From Thermoproteota archaeon (GTDB lineage: Archaea; Korarchaeota; Korarchaeia; Korarchaeales; Korarchaeaceae): a stretch of DNA of 64,000 nt. The position numbers were made by a program, and so were the translations under genes. Location of the stretch: assembly GCA_027491415.1 (NCBI GenBank), contig JAOZFH010000063.1:32001-96000 (forward strand), read 5' to 3'. Numbering within the stretch: the first letter of the stretch is position 1; every line of letters starts with the position of its first letter. The notes beneath the pieces were generated by a model. It was given only the letters and a program-made list of their open reading frames with translations. It was not told the origin of the DNA and did not search any database. Of the stretch, positions 1 to 10,462 are shown in pieces.

Positions 1-160
1 GAGGCCTCACTTCCCTAGCACTCCCACCACGTTCGTAAAAATTCCTTAATCGCCAAGTGCCTAACACAGCCTCCTGACTGCCGCCACGATGACAAACTCT
101 TCAACTCGATCCGTAATGGTATCTGCCAGGTCAGCCCAGCGGCCTGAACCTCCCTCCCTC

Positions 161-558
161 CTATTCGGCGGCTCCCCTCACGCTCTCGTCCGAGCCCACA
201 TAGACCAGCCTCCCGGCCAGCGCCACGGCCCCGTGAACGGAGTCAAAGAATCTCAGGCCGTACCTATCCCTCAGCTCGGCGGCCAGGGCGGCGTGGGAGA
301 GGCTTAACCCCGGGGACTCCACCCTGGCGAACGTGGAGATGACAGTCTGCATGGCGCCCAGGGCCCTCGCAATGCTTGAGTCGTCGAGCCCGGCGGACCT
401 CATGACGAGGGCCGCCTCCAGCGGCGCGGCCGGGGACAGATTTATCACCACCCTCCCGGCTCGGGCCTCCTCTAGCAGCGCCATGACGGCGTAGTGAGGC
501 CCACCCCCCTCCTAAGGCCGCAGAGGAAGTCAGTCTCCACCAGGACCCTCTCGGGCAA
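161..558 (-). pseudogene. PIN-domain (VapC) toxin, frameshifted in a G6 run
   Basis: TTG at 558 after a GGAGGTGG RBS gives PERVLVETDFLCGLRRG (PIN N-terminal motif). One extra G at ~504-509 joins this to ORF 161..484 (PHYAVMALL...YGLRFFDSVHGAVAL...VGSD). Confidence 0.75.
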
Positions 559-805
559 CGCCCCACCTCCTCGCCGCCTCCTCGATCGCGGCCTCTTCCG
601 CCCTCTTCCTGGCCTCGCGGTCGAATCTCAGACCTCCCAAGAGCCTCTCAAGGGTCTCGAACGGGTCCTCGACCTTCTCGAGCACGATCCTGTCTCCCCT
701 CGTGGAGACCCTCAGCCGGTCCCCGGGCCTCACCCCCGGGGCCGACCTCACCTCCCTGGGGAGCGTGACCCTCCCCCTATAGTCGACGACGACCGTTTCT
801 CCCAT
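530..805 (-). CDS. AbrB/MazE-family antitoxin (VapB)
   Basis: VVVDYRGRVTLPREVR...PGDRL swapped-hairpin motif; overlaps the PIN gene. Confidence 0.85.
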   Translation of the reverse strand: MGETVVVDYRGRVTLPREVRSAPGVRPGDRLRVSTRGDRIVLEKVEDPFETLERLLGGLRFDREARKRAEEAAIEEAARRWGVAREGPGGD

Positions 806-823
806 CAACATTCATAGGTGGGT

Positions 824-845
824 CCCACAAAATAATTATTGTGGG
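824..845. promoter_or_regulatory. Inverted repeat (CCCACAA-N8-TTGTGGG), likely antitoxin operator
   Basis: Perfect 7-bp inverted repeat with an AT-rich spacer directly upstream of the AbrB gene. Confidence 0.5.
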
Positions 846-951
846 CATAAAGAAACGCGAGGGTCCGCTCAGGCCCAGAATGCCGTCCGTGGAAGCTAAA
901 TTCGACCGATCGTAGATGGGATCAGGGGACCCCGGGGGTAGATGACTCGGG

Positions 952-1338
952 ATGTCGAAGAGGGAAGAGGTCGAGCACCTCCTCCGGAGGTCGAGGGAGT
1001 TCCTGGAGACGGCCCGGCTCCAGCTGGACAGGGGATTCTACGGGCTGGCCGTGTTCAGCCTGGAGCAGTCCCTGCAGATGTTCCTCAAGGCGAGGCTCCT
1101 TGAGAGCGGGGTGTACTACCCGAGAACCCACAGCCTTAGGAGGCTGCTGGAGATGCTGGCAGAGGCGTCGCCAGACTCCGCCGAGGCCCCGCGCGGGGTC
1201 CTGAGGAGGTTCATGCTGGAACTCGGCGCGCTCGAGGATGCCTACATAACCTCCAGGTACGTTCCCAGAGAGTTCAGGAGGGAGGACGCCGAGAGGCTGA
1301 TGGCCGTGGTCGAGGAGGTGATGAGGGCTGTCTCGTGA
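952..1338 (+). CDS. HEPN-domain protein (HEPN-MNT TA pair)
   Basis: AVFSLEQSLQMFLKA...PRTHSL...LEDAYITSRY HEPN pattern. Confidence 0.9.
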   Translation: MSKREEVEHLLRRSREFLETARLQLDRGFYGLAVFSLEQSLQMFLKARLLESGVYYPRTHSLRRLLEMLAEASPDSAEAPRGVLRRFMLELGALEDAYITSRYVPREFRREDAERLMAVVEEVMRAVS

Positions 1339-1645
1339 CCTGCTGATCGAGGAGGCCAGGAGGAGGCGGGAGGTATTCAGAAACCTGCGAAAGTATCTCG
1401 ATCTGATTAAAGAGGTAGCCAGGAGGATCGACCCAGGGGCCGAGGTGTACCTGTTCGGATCCGTCGCCGAGGGGACCCACACGCTGTCAAGCGACATAGA
1501 TGTGCTCGTGGTCACCACCGCCGAGCCCGCAGAGCTGCTCAAGGAGCTGTGGCTCGCGGGCGTGGGGGATCCCTTCGAGGTCCACATTCAGCCGCCTCGG
1601 ATGCTGAAGCTGTATGCTAGGAGGGGGAGGCTGATCAGGGTGTAA
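1328..1645 (+). CDS. Minimal nucleotidyltransferase (MNT)
   Basis: YLFGSVAEG...SDIDVLV (GSx10DxD). The frame is open upstream of the listed ORF to a CTG at 1328; start uncertain. Confidence 0.85.
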   Translation: MSRDLLIEEARRRREVFRNLRKYLDLIKEVARRIDPGAEVYLFGSVAEGTHTLSSDIDVLVVTTAEPAELLKELWLAGVGDPFEVHIQPPRMLKLYARRGRLIRV

Positions 1646-2013
1646 GTGGAAGTGGAGAGGTTACCCCCGAGACCCTAGATGGGATCTGGGAAACATGACT
1701 CCACCGATGGGGCAGGTCTCTCTGCCGGGAGCTACTAGTTTTTCTGCAGGGCTCTCCCTTCTCTTCACGCTTGGCCTCGTTCTAGCCTTGACTGGATACC
1801 CCAGCTGAGGCCCGAACCCTCCGCAGCCCCTCCCGAGACCCCCCTCCTTCCAACTAGGCATCCTAAATACCCTGCTTGTAATGCTTTCCTCATCATGCTC
1901 TCTGGCTAAATCGTTCTTCCCAAAAAAGTTTCATAAAAGTATTAGAAATGTGTTAAAGCGCAGAACTTAAAATCAGAACATCTCGTGATTATTGTAGCCA
2001 AGGCGTAGATGCT

Positions 2014-2715
2014 ATGGGGGTGGCAAAAATGTCCTACAAGAAGATGTTATTGATCTCTATTTCAACACTACTTATAACTTTCACAGGTATTTTTATCGTA
2101 TCTGCGGCTGTTGGCCCTCCGATCGATGTTGGTGGGAAAAACTGTGCTACAAGCCTCTGCACCAGTCGGCTTCACAGAACAGGCGTAAACGGGTATATAT
2201 CAGTCTCTAACCCTTACGTCCCCTCTGGAGAGTTCACGGCGCGCTACTTTGGCATAAAGGATGGCTCTGGATTCATAGGCTTCGGATGGGGGAAGGGGTA
2301 TAACCCAGTATGCGGATACTTGAACTCTCCCACGGCCTACATAGACTATGTGAAGGTGAAGAAAAGTGGTAGCGAATACGATTGCATTGTTATAGGGGAG
2401 GTATCCACGACGTCTCACAGATTTGCCCTCGCCTTTGATATAGACGAGAGAAGATGGGAATTCTACCTCGACGGCTCCCTAGTCCACACCTTGCCGAGTG
2501 GCATCGCCCCGAAAGATGACGATGGAAAAGCCCTTTCTTACTCTGAATCCGGCGCTAATGCGGTCTATCCTGACATGAGCGGTCACTTCTACGACCTGTG
2601 GTACTACGAGGGTGAGTACGGAGGCTGGTGGGACGCCTTCTATCCAGTGGACGGCTCCGACTACTACAAAGTCAACAAAATAGCTAATTGGGAGTTTTAC
2701 GTCGTGAGGGGGTGA
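2014..2715 (+). CDS. Secreted beta-rich protein, G1-peptidase/neprosin-like (copy 1)
   Basis: N-terminal signal peptide; Cys/Gly/Tyr/Trp-rich; AT-rich gene; clear paralogue of 11783..12481 (GWGKGY, YxVxKxxNxEFYVxRG). Confidence 0.6.
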   Translation: MGVAKMSYKKMLLISISTLLITFTGIFIVSAAVGPPIDVGGKNCATSLCTSRLHRTGVNGYISVSNPYVPSGEFTARYFGIKDGSGFIGFGWGKGYNPVCGYLNSPTAYIDYVKVKKSGSEYDCIVIGEVSTTSHRFALAFDIDERRWEFYLDGSLVHTLPSGIAPKDDDGKALSYSESGANAVYPDMSGHFYDLWYYEGEYGGWWDAFYPVDGSDYYKVNKIANWEFYVVRG

Positions 2716-2720
2716 GGGAT

Positions 2721-3917
2721 ATGCGCGTAAAAATTGCGGTCTTCATGGCCGTGATTGCATCCCTAATCTTGCTCGTGTCCTTTTACTTCCTATCTCAGCA
2801 CCAGCAGGCGGCTCCACCGGTCGAGGGCCCATCCATCGGGCCCAGGTCTACAGCACCCACACTCCAGCCCGCTCAGGTTACTCCACCGAGCGGTAACTCG
2901 TCGATCGAGCCCGGATCTATAGTCCCGATATGGGCTCCCCCTGACGAGGACTACTGGGATCTCATACCGACCGAGATGGGGCTGGAGGCCTGGAGGAGGC
3001 ACGGAGGGGTCCTCCCGACATATGTGCCGAAGGGCCTGAGGTTCTTGGGCGTCGCCTGCTACTACGGGATGGAGGGCGCGAGGCAGGGAGCGCTGGATGA
3101 CCCCGAGCTGATCGTCCTAGAGTACGCCCTCGAGGGCAAGAACGTCTCGATCCACGGGAAGGTCTCCAGGCTCCTCCCGGGGCCGGACGTGGTCGTGAGC
3201 ATGGACTGGGGGGGGCTCGTCGGGAGGGGGAACGTGACCCTGGTTCGGGGGTGCCCCATGGAGGTTAGCCCCCCGGGGGAGGGCGTGGACTACTGGACGC
3301 GCCGGTGGACGACCCTGCCGGCCGCGGTCACGTTCCAAGTGGGCAACCTGACCTACACGATCTGGGGCCTGCTGCCGACGGGGGAGCTGGTCAGGATGGC
3401 GGAGTCCATGATCCCGGAGTCCGGGTGCAGGCCGGAGGACGTGAGGCCGGAGGTCCGCAGGGTGAGCGGGCGGGTGATACCGGTCGAGGACGTCCCGGAC
3501 GTCTTCGGCCTCAACCTCAGCCTGCCGAGGGTTCTGCTGGGTAATCTGGAGCTAAGGTTGGCGGTGCAGGACACCCTGGCTGGCGAGTCTCTGAGGGAGG
3601 TCACCCTGTTCTACTGCGACCACGAGTGCGGCCCCTACTCTCCCCCCGCCCCGTGGAACCCGCGAGCGCCAAACCTGACCGTCCTGATCGACACCCTCCC
3701 GGTCAACGCCACGGCCATGGAGTGGTTCCAGTACTCGATCGAGGTCGACGGGGTAAAGCTCTACGTCTGGCCCGAGGGGGCCTACCTACCGAACGGCGTC
3801 ACATTCTGGTTCGGAGGGCTGCACTACGAGATCCAGGGCTACTACCCCATCAAGGACCTCCTGGAAGTTGCCCGCGAGATAATAGCGCTTGGCTCGACGG
3901 CTCCGCCGGGGGAGTGA
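2721..3917 (+). CDS. Membrane-anchored protein with tandem DUF4367-like domains
   Basis: N-terminal TM and P/S-rich linker; LPTYVPKGL...YTIWGLLPTGELVRMAESM and a second repeat ending YEIQGYYPIKDLLEVAREI. Confidence 0.65.
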   Translation: MRVKIAVFMAVIASLILLVSFYFLSQHQQAAPPVEGPSIGPRSTAPTLQPAQVTPPSGNSSIEPGSIVPIWAPPDEDYWDLIPTEMGLEAWRRHGGVLPTYVPKGLRFLGVACYYGMEGARQGALDDPELIVLEYALEGKNVSIHGKVSRLLPGPDVVVSMDWGGLVGRGNVTLVRGCPMEVSPPGEGVDYWTRRWTTLPAAVTFQVGNLTYTIWGLLPTGELVRMAESMIPESGCRPEDVRPEVRRVSGRVIPVEDVPDVFGLNLSLPRVLLGNLELRLAVQDTLAGESLREVTLFYCDHECGPYSPPAPWNPRAPNLTVLIDTLPVNATAMEWFQYSIEVDGVKLYVWPEGAYLPNGVTFWFGGLHYEIQGYYPIKDLLEVAREIIALGSTAPPGE

Positions 3918-4070
3918 GCGAGCTGCTGGGTCACCATTAGGGTACGACTAGCGGCCTGGGCCCCCCTCGCCTAACCTTTTTCTGATGCTTAGGAGCCCTA
4001 GACCCGTCTTATTACCTCAAGCGTTGACCTCCAGCCCCAACGCTTTTTTATGCCTTGGAGTTGTGACGAG

Positions 4071-4535
4071 ATGGCTCACAGGGGACAACCAGCAGGCCGC
4101 TTGCCCGCGGCCTGGGCCCTTAGGTGCGGCCTGCACGACTGCCCGGGCTTCCTCGAGGATGTCCTCGGGTTCTTTCAGTCCGTACTGGGCCTCCTATGGC
4201 TCGAGGCCCTCCTCGCCGCGTCCTCGGACTGGCTGAGGGGCAGGCCGCTGCTGGCGTTCGCCCTGGGCTCCGCGGCCCTCTACTCCGTCCTCATGTCCCC
4301 GACCTCGGCCACGTTCCTGCACAAGGCCCTCGCGTATGGGAGCCGCTGGCCCCTAGAATATCTCGTTGGCCTCTTCCTCCCTCCGACCGTACTCTCGATC
4401 GCCTGGGGGTTCGGCGCCGCGGTCACATCCGGGCTGATCGGGATGGAGAGGGAGAGGAGGGAGCAGGGATACGTCATCACTGCCCTGGCGGCCCTGGCCG
4501 CCGGCCTGTTCATCTTCCTGATCACCCCACTGTGA
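4071..4535 (+). CDS. Small multi-TM membrane protein, family A (candidate immunity)
   Basis: Hydrophobic; WALxCGxxDC and LWLEALLAASSxWLRGRP shared with 6290..6778 and 52746..53240. Confidence 0.65.
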   Translation: MAHRGQPAGRLPAAWALRCGLHDCPGFLEDVLGFFQSVLGLLWLEALLAASSDWLRGRPLLAFALGSAALYSVLMSPTSATFLHKALAYGSRWPLEYLVGLFLPPTVLSIAWGFGAAVTSGLIGMERERREQGYVITALAALAAGLFIFLITPL

Positions 4536-4655
4536 AGACCCCTGGGGCGCGCCGACTCCCTCTCGGGGCGCGTGTGGCCAGCGGGAACTTTCTGAGACCT
4601 CAGCCCGCCCGTTTCTTACCTCAACCGCGCGACGACTCGGGGGCGCGGGGAGGTG

Positions 4656-5867
4656 TCACGCCACGACCGCCAGGAACAGGTGAATATTCTCCTCGTCGAG
4701 GATCCTGACGCCCCTCGGATACCTCCTGTGGGGCTTCCCCGCCTTGACCTCCACCCTCAGGCCGTCCGCGAGGGCGTCGACCTCGTGCGAGTTCCGGTAG
4801 TAGAAGACCTCGCCGAACCTCCTGAGGAGGTGGGCCTGGACCACCCACTCGTACAGGGCCCCCTCCAGGAAGTCGGTCACGGTCCAGATGGACATAGCCC
4901 CGGCCGTGAAGGGATCCAGGAAGAAGAACTTCCTCTCCTTCCGCCACACCACCCTGCCGCCCCTCCTCAGCATCGCGCTGCCCAAGACCATCAGGGCCCT
5001 CAGCACCTCCACGTACTCCCTGACGGTCCTGTGGGACACGGAGAGGTCGGAGCCTATGGAGGCGTAGGACACGGGCGAGGGAGCCTTCCTCAGTATGGAG
5101 GAGATGACCCCCCTGGCGAGCTGGGGGTCCCGGCCGGCCCTCAGGATCTCTCCCTCGAGCGACCTCACCGTGTACTCCACCGCCCTGGGGTCTCGGTTCA
5201 CAGAGAGGGGGAACCCACCGACCTCCAGATAATCCAGGAACAGCTCCCTTATCTCCCTGGACTTTGGGAGGAGCCTGGCCACGTCCCTGTCCAGGTCCCC
5301 CGTAGTCCTGACCTCCACGCCCATAACCCCGAGGAACTCCCTGAAGGAGAGGGGCCACGCCACCACCTCCCTACCCGAGCCCATCCTGCCCGGGAACAGC
5401 TCGGCCTCCCCCCTCAGCCTCAGCGACGAGGAGCCGGTCAGCACCAGCACGTCCCTCGAGAAGAAGCCCGCGTCCACGTACCCCTTTATGACCCTCCACC
5501 ACCCCCTCAGGCTCGTCACCTCGTCCAAGAACAGGTAGCTGGACCTCACGCCGGAGGCCCTCCTGAAGGAGTGGTACTCCTCCAGCATGGCCCTCAGCGA
5601 GCCGGGATCCGGGGCCAGGTCGAGGTTGATGTAGAGGATCGCCTCCGGCCTAACTCGCCTCAGGAGCTCGTCTATTAGCAGGTGAATGCCGGTCGTCTTG
5701 CCCACGAGCCTCGGTCCGATCAGGATGTTGAGGGAGTAGGGCTCCAGGCTTATCCGATCGAGCCAGGCGGGCCTCCACCTGATCTTCCTCCTCCTCCACT
5801 CCGTGATCACGGGGCTCTCCTTACCCACCCACCAGGGGTTGAGGAGGGGCAGGACGTCGGTCGGCAC
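4656..5867 (-). CDS. AAA_14/DUF4143-type ATPase
   Basis: GPRLVGKTT Walker A, LFLDEV Walker B, LTGSSS, GGFP, C-terminal EVD...VEVK. Confidence 0.85.
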   Translation of the reverse strand: MPTDVLPLLNPWWVGKESPVITEWRRRKIRWRPAWLDRISLEPYSLNILIGPRLVGKTTGIHLLIDELLRRVRPEAILYINLDLAPDPGSLRAMLEEYHSFRRASGVRSSYLFLDEVTSLRGWWRVIKGYVDAGFFSRDVLVLTGSSSLRLRGEAELFPGRMGSGREVVAWPLSFREFLGVMGVEVRTTGDLDRDVARLLPKSREIRELFLDYLEVGGFPLSVNRDPRAVEYTVRSLEGEILRAGRDPQLARGVISSILRKAPSPVSYASIGSDLSVSHRTVREYVEVLRALMVLGSAMLRRGGRVVWRKERKFFFLDPFTAGAMSIWTVTDFLEGALYEWVVQAHLLRRFGEVFYYRNSHEVDALADGLRVEVKAGKPHRRYPRGVRILDEENIHLFLAVVA

Positions 5868-6289
5868 TTGATACTTTGACTACCAAATAATATATAAATA
5901 GTTGGGAGAGTTGGTAACATGTAGTTCCCCGCAAGCGCGCGCCGTGTCGCGCGGGCTGCGCCCGGAACCTCGTCGGTTACGTCCGTAGCCGCGGACGACC
6001 CGGATATCCACTTAGGACCCGCAGCCTCCCGCGCCCCTTTATCAGCCACCGGGTATAGTTTCGCCAGGATGGTAGGCAGGGTTGCCTCCAGAGCCCTCGC
6101 TCTGGCCCTGGCGACGCTCTGAGGGCTCGGCTGCGCCCTCTTCGCCTCTTCGGGACCTCCAGCTTGGCATGAGAAGGTCGTTCTCGAGGTCACAAAGACT
6201 GACCTAGGGGGGAATCGGCATCAAACTCAGGCTGGGTGGGTGGAGATTCTGGGCTAACACTTTAGTGCCTTCTGAGGTGAGTAGAGGCG

Positions 6290-6778
6290 GTGCGTGAGGT
6301 GAACCGCCGCCAGCCGGCCGCCTGTGCGCTCACGATCCTGCTCCCGCCAGCCGCATGGGCCTTGACCTGCGGCTGGCTGGACTGCTCGTTCTTCCTCGTG
6401 GAGCTGGGAAGGCTCCTCCAGCCGATCCTCTCGTTGATCTGGCTCGAGGCCCTCCTCGCCGCGTCATCGAGCTGGCTGAGGGGCAGGCCGCTGCTGGCGT
6501 TTACCCTTGGCTCACTTGGCGTCTTCTCCACGCTGACTTCTCCCTTCCTGTGCCCAGAACTCCGCTGGATCCTGGCCGAAGGCCTTGCGGAGTCCCTGCG
6601 GGATCTCCTGGGCACTCCGCTCCTCCTCCCGCCCGCCCTCCTCTCCATCTCCTGGGGCCTCGGCGCCGCCGTGGCATCCGGCCTCCTTGGAGAGGGAAGG
6701 AGGGAGGCTGGATATGTGTTAACAGCCCTCGTCGCAGTCGTCGTGGCTCTTTTCACGTTCATGTTGGTCTGGGATTAA
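6290..6778 (+). CDS. Small multi-TM membrane protein, family A
   Basis: Paralogue of 4071..4535; long DNA tracts identical to 52746..53240. Confidence 0.7.
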   Translation: MREVNRRQPAACALTILLPPAAWALTCGWLDCSFFLVELGRLLQPILSLIWLEALLAASSSWLRGRPLLAFTLGSLGVFSTLTSPFLCPELRWILAEGLAESLRDLLGTPLLLPPALLSISWGLGAAVASGLLGEGRREAGYVLTALVAVVVALFTFMLVWD

Positions 6779-6879
6779 TCTCCAGGCCGAGCCTGTGCTG
6801 AGACCTGTCCCTGAGTCAACCACGGTAGCTCGCTGAACTAGGTGAAGCTCGGTGTCCCTTGCCCTCGCGCGTCTCGCGC

Positions 6880-7297
6880 GGACGGCCAAGACCTCACCTG
6901 GCTGAGCCATATCACATGGGGGGTCGCACTGCGGGTGGACCTAAACGTGGCCCGTGGCCACAAGCTACGTCTGCGAGCCCGTCTACGGCTGGGAGGCGCG
7001 GCAGGACGGTTGGGGCAGTCCCCACCCAGCGAGCGACTACGACCGCTACCACGTGAGGCTCTGGAAGGTCCACAAGTGGTGCTACGGCAGGGTCGACGTG
7101 GTGGGGCAGGCCCACGTGGACACAAATTTCCCTCACAGGGCCGTCTTATTCGAAGCCGCGGAGGAAGAGGCCGTCAAGGCCTTCAGCCTCTAACTCCCGG
7201 CTACGAGGACTGGATGCCGGAGGGGGAGGTCATCTGGCTGGGCAACTACGACAAGGGAGGTAACGGCTGGGCCGACATCATAAGGCACGATGGGTAA
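6880..7297 (+). pseudogene. Decayed C-terminal fragment of LssY_C-like secreted protein
   Basis: YVCEPVYGWE...RYHVRLWKVHK...VVGQAHVD, then a frameshift to DWMPEGEVIWLGNYDKGGNGWADIIRHDG*; internal stop and frameshifts; homologous to 13430..13558 and 53293..53821. Confidence 0.6.
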
Positions 7298-7383
7298 CCT
7301 CAGCCGCCTTCTTCCTCACTATTTTCTGAAAAAACTTAGGAACTTCGGTCAAGCTTATTACTTCGGCCCGCTTTCAGATCCGC

Positions 7384-7884
7384 GTGGGCTGGAGAGACGC
7401 CTCGGCCTTCCTCTACATCTGGCTCGCCCTGCTCCTCTTCATGGCCCTCGCCCCTCCCCTGGCGGGCCTCCTCGCCAGGTGCAGAACCGCCATGGGAGTC
7501 GCCTGGACCCTGACTGGCGACCTCGCGTACCGTCCTCCCGGGCTCCTCTTCACCGTCCCCGAGTCCCTCAGGCTCGCGTACGAGCTGTCCACCCTCCTGT
7601 TCGTCCCTCCCATCATAGCCGCCCTGGCTTCCCTGTCGAGGCCCCTTAGGGACGAGCCTGCAGCGGCCTTCCTCCTTGGGTTCCTCACGTTCTCCCTTAG
7701 CCCGTTCAGCTGGCTGCGTGCCAGGCCGCCCTACCACATCGTCATGCTTGCCGTCTCCACCATCTGGGGCCTGGGGTGCGCATCCCTGACCAAGGCGGAG
7801 GATCCAAGGGACCCCTGGGCTCGCGTGGGGTACCTCGTCCTCTTCATCACCTGGTGGTTCTCCCTCGGCGGCCTGATGGACTAG
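7384..7884 (+). CDS. Small multi-TM membrane protein, family B (candidate immunity)
   Basis: WRDASAFLYIWLAL, LFVPP, IWGLGCA, EDPRDPW; TTATTAC box about 40 nt upstream. Confidence 0.7.
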   Translation: MGWRDASAFLYIWLALLLFMALAPPLAGLLARCRTAMGVAWTLTGDLAYRPPGLLFTVPESLRLAYELSTLLFVPPIIAALASLSRPLRDEPAAAFLLGFLTFSLSPFSWLRARPPYHIVMLAVSTIWGLGCASLTKAEDPRDPWARVGYLVLFITWWFSLGGLMD

Positions 7885-8063
7885 GGGCCCGTCTCGGCTC
7901 TCCGTCCTCCTGAGTCTCGATGACCTGGTCTCTCCTCTCCGTTCGGTAGACCAGTCGGTTGAGGCAAGCCTGTGGCGACTCATTGGGGCGCGATCCGTTC
8001 CATCGGTTTGGAGCGGAACCAGCCCCCGGAGACGTCTTATTGCCCGGCGGCCCCCCTCCCGAC

Positions 8064-8524
8064 GTGTCCTGGAGGGACGAGCCCGGATTCTTCTACACCT
8101 GGCTGGCGCTCGCCGCTCTATTGACCGCGGCCCGCCTGGCCCTCGAGTTCAGGTTGCGCGACCCCTTCTTGGAGGCCGTTTACTATCTCTCCATCATGCT
8201 GTACCTCCCTCCGGTGTTTGCCACCCTGGCCTCCCTCTCCGGGCCCCTCAGGGGAGAGTCCCTGGCGGCCTTCACCCTCGGCATCTACACATACTCCGCC
8301 TCGCCCGTGCCCGGGGCTCCGCTCGGCCTCCTGGCCTGCCTCGCCCGCCGGTGCGGCTCGTTGAGCTGGCCCACGTATCCCTAGCCTTGGTTCTGGACCT
8401 GATCTGGGGCCTAGGCTGCGCCCTCCTCGCCTCGTCAAGGAGGCCCTGGGACCTCAGGGCCCTCCCAGCCTATCCAGTCCTGTTCCTCACCTGGCGATAT
8501 GGTCTGACCCTATTGATCGACTAG
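8064..8524 (+). pseudogene. Family B membrane protein, frameshifted
   Basis: VSWRDEPGFFYTWLAL start; homology continues in another frame (DLIWGLGCALLASSRRPWDL...LID*) after ~8380. Confidence 0.65.
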
Positions 8525-8635
8525 AATCCTAATTCTGGTACGTGGATGGCGAGGGCCCCACGAGTCCAGGATCTCCCCAGGTATCGGAACCGCCACGATT
8601 TTTTATCACCCAGGCGCCTCAGAAGGTAGATCAGC

Positions 8636-9028
8636 TTGGGACTGGAGAGGGCCGACTTCCTGAGGGCCAGGGCTGCCGCCTTCTTGGAGGCCGCCAGGTC
8701 GGACCTCTCTAGGGGAGACTACGACCTGGTCCTCTTCCACGCCGAGCAGGCCATCCAGCTGTGCCTGAAGCACCTGATATTCTCGAGAGTAGGGGACTTC
8801 CCAAAGGCCCACTCCCTAGTACGCCTGATAAGGGAGGCCCTGAAGCTGGGGGGAATCCCTGGCCTGAGGGAGCTCTACGAGGAGAACCTAGAGATGATCT
8901 ACCTGCTGGAGGAGGCCTACATCTCCTCCAGATACCTTCCCCACAGCTACGGCAGGGACATAGCCGAGAGGGCCCTGAGGTTCGCTGAACACGCTCTGGG
9001 GGTGTTGGGGTGCCTGAGGAGGGCCTGA
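8636..9028 (+). CDS. HEPN-domain protein
   Basis: LFHAEQAIQLCLK...PKAHSL...LEEAYISSRY. Confidence 0.9.
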   Translation: MGLERADFLRARAAAFLEAARSDLSRGDYDLVLFHAEQAIQLCLKHLIFSRVGDFPKAHSLVRLIREALKLGGIPGLRELYEENLEMIYLLEEAYISSRYLPHSYGRDIAERALRFAEHALGVLGCLRRA

Positions 9029-9369
9029 GCCTCGTGGATCTCGAGCTGGAGAGGCTGAGGGAGTGGAGGAGGTACTTGGAGGATCCGCTGAGGTACGCCC
9101 GGAGGATGAGGGAGGTGGCTAGGAGGGTAGACCCAGAGGCCAGGGTCATCCTATACGGCAGCAGGGTGTCTGGCGAGGCCAGGCCCGACAGCGACGTTGA
9201 CGTGCTCGTGGTAACGAGGGTGGCGGGGGACGCGTGGGCGAGGGCCAGGCTGAGGGTTGAGATAGCCAGGGAGATCGGAGACTACACGCCCTTCGAGATC
9301 CACATAGTCACGCCGGAGGAGTTCGAGCGCTGGTACGGCAGGTTCATCGGAGACCACATTGAGGCGTGA
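9010..9369 (+). CDS. Minimal nucleotidyltransferase (MNT)
   Basis: ILYGSRVSGEARPDSDVDVLVV, PFEIH. Confidence 0.9.
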   Translation: MPEEGLSLVDLELERLREWRRYLEDPLRYARRMREVARRVDPEARVILYGSRVSGEARPDSDVDVLVVTRVAGDAWARARLRVEIAREIGDYTPFEIHIVTPEEFERWYGRFIGDHIEA

Positions 9370-9612
9370 GGCACGCACCCCAGCCAGGAGGGGCAAAAGA
9401 CTGTCTCCTCCTGGACGCCAAGAGCAGGATATCCAGCATCTCTCGTAGCAGCCCGCCGACTTCTGATGTTGCTATGGAAGTCAGAAGTTAGGTGATGGGT
9501 ATAGGGACCAGCCATGCGGCGCGCGAAGAAGTCCCGAGTCGGCGATGCTGCTCGCGACGGTAGACCCCCCAGTCGCGGTCCATGAGGGGGCTCAGCCCAG
9601 CCTGGCCACGGG

Positions 9613-10272
9613 TCAGGCGGCCAGGGCGCCCCAGTAAAGTGCCAGGGCCCACGCCACAGTGACTGCCGCGAGCAGGGCCCCGATCCCCCTCCTCTCCTCC
9701 CCGAGGATGCCCGTGAGCATTGAAGCCGAGAGCCCGAAGGCCACGCCGGGGATCCCCCCCCAGATGAGGAAGAATATGGCGGCCTCGAGGGTCCCGCGGC
9801 CCAGGGTGAAGTCGACGAGGCCCTGGGACGCGAGGGCGGAGAAGAGCGCGGGGCCCGCCAAGACTCCCGCGGTCAGGGGCCTCCCGTAGAGGTCCTTGTG
9901 GGTGGCTAGGAGGAGCCAGAGCGTCCAAGACGCCACAACGATAGGCTGCAGCAGGTCGTAGGATGGGCACACTGTCGGAGGGAGTCGGCAGGCGCCGAAG
10001 CCGTACCTGTAGGCCCAGTAGATGGGAGAGACAGCCAGGGTGGCCAGCCACAGCGTTAAGGAGGTGTAAAAAGCCCTCCCTCCTATCGGGATTGACCTCG
10101 AGCGGGCGACCGAGGCAGCGAGGGGCGCGGCTACCACGTGGGTGCAGAGGAGGAGCGCCAGGGGGGCGGGGCCCCTCACCCCAACTCTAAGCCAGAGCAG
10201 TAAGGGAATGGGTATGGCGACCAGCCATGCGGCCAAGATTAGATGGAATAGGCTTAACCCATCCTCACTCAC
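9613..10272 (-). CDS. Multi-TM membrane protein
   Basis: Several hydrophobic segments; the C-terminus (GLSASMLTGILGEERRGIG) resembles family A. Confidence 0.65.
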   Translation of the reverse strand: MSEDGLSLFHLILAAWLVAIPIPLLLWLRVGVRGPAPLALLLCTHVVAAPLAASVARSRSIPIGGRAFYTSLTLWLATLAVSPIYWAYRYGFGACRLPPTVCPSYDLLQPIVVASWTLWLLLATHKDLYGRPLTAGVLAGPALFSALASQGLVDFTLGRGTLEAAIFFLIWGGIPGVAFGLSASMLTGILGEERRGIGALLAAVTVAWALALYWGALAA

Positions 10273-10462
10273 TTGATACCCCCCATTCCTAGCGTACGTA
10301 CGCGGATAAGTTAAAAAATAAAAAACACAACAGGAAATACCATGTTAATAAAAGCTCTTAATTCCCCGATCACATCCCTCAGTTCTTCATCGACCTGAAA
10401 CCCTGGGATCTATTAGAGAGTGGGTCAAACAGAATAAACACCTGTCGGCTCCAGGGGCCCCA

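Noticed and set aside
4653-5678. Long antisense or alternative-frame ORFs (e.g. 4653..5678, 16500..17390, 17365..18291, 31199..32509, 42618..44075)
   Set aside because: They are shadows of well-supported genes in GC-rich DNA, are R/G/P-rich and carry no motifs.
5807-6193. 128-aa ORF or structured RNA upstream of the AAA ATPase
   Set aside because: No recognisable motif; the pairings could be chance in GC-rich sequence.
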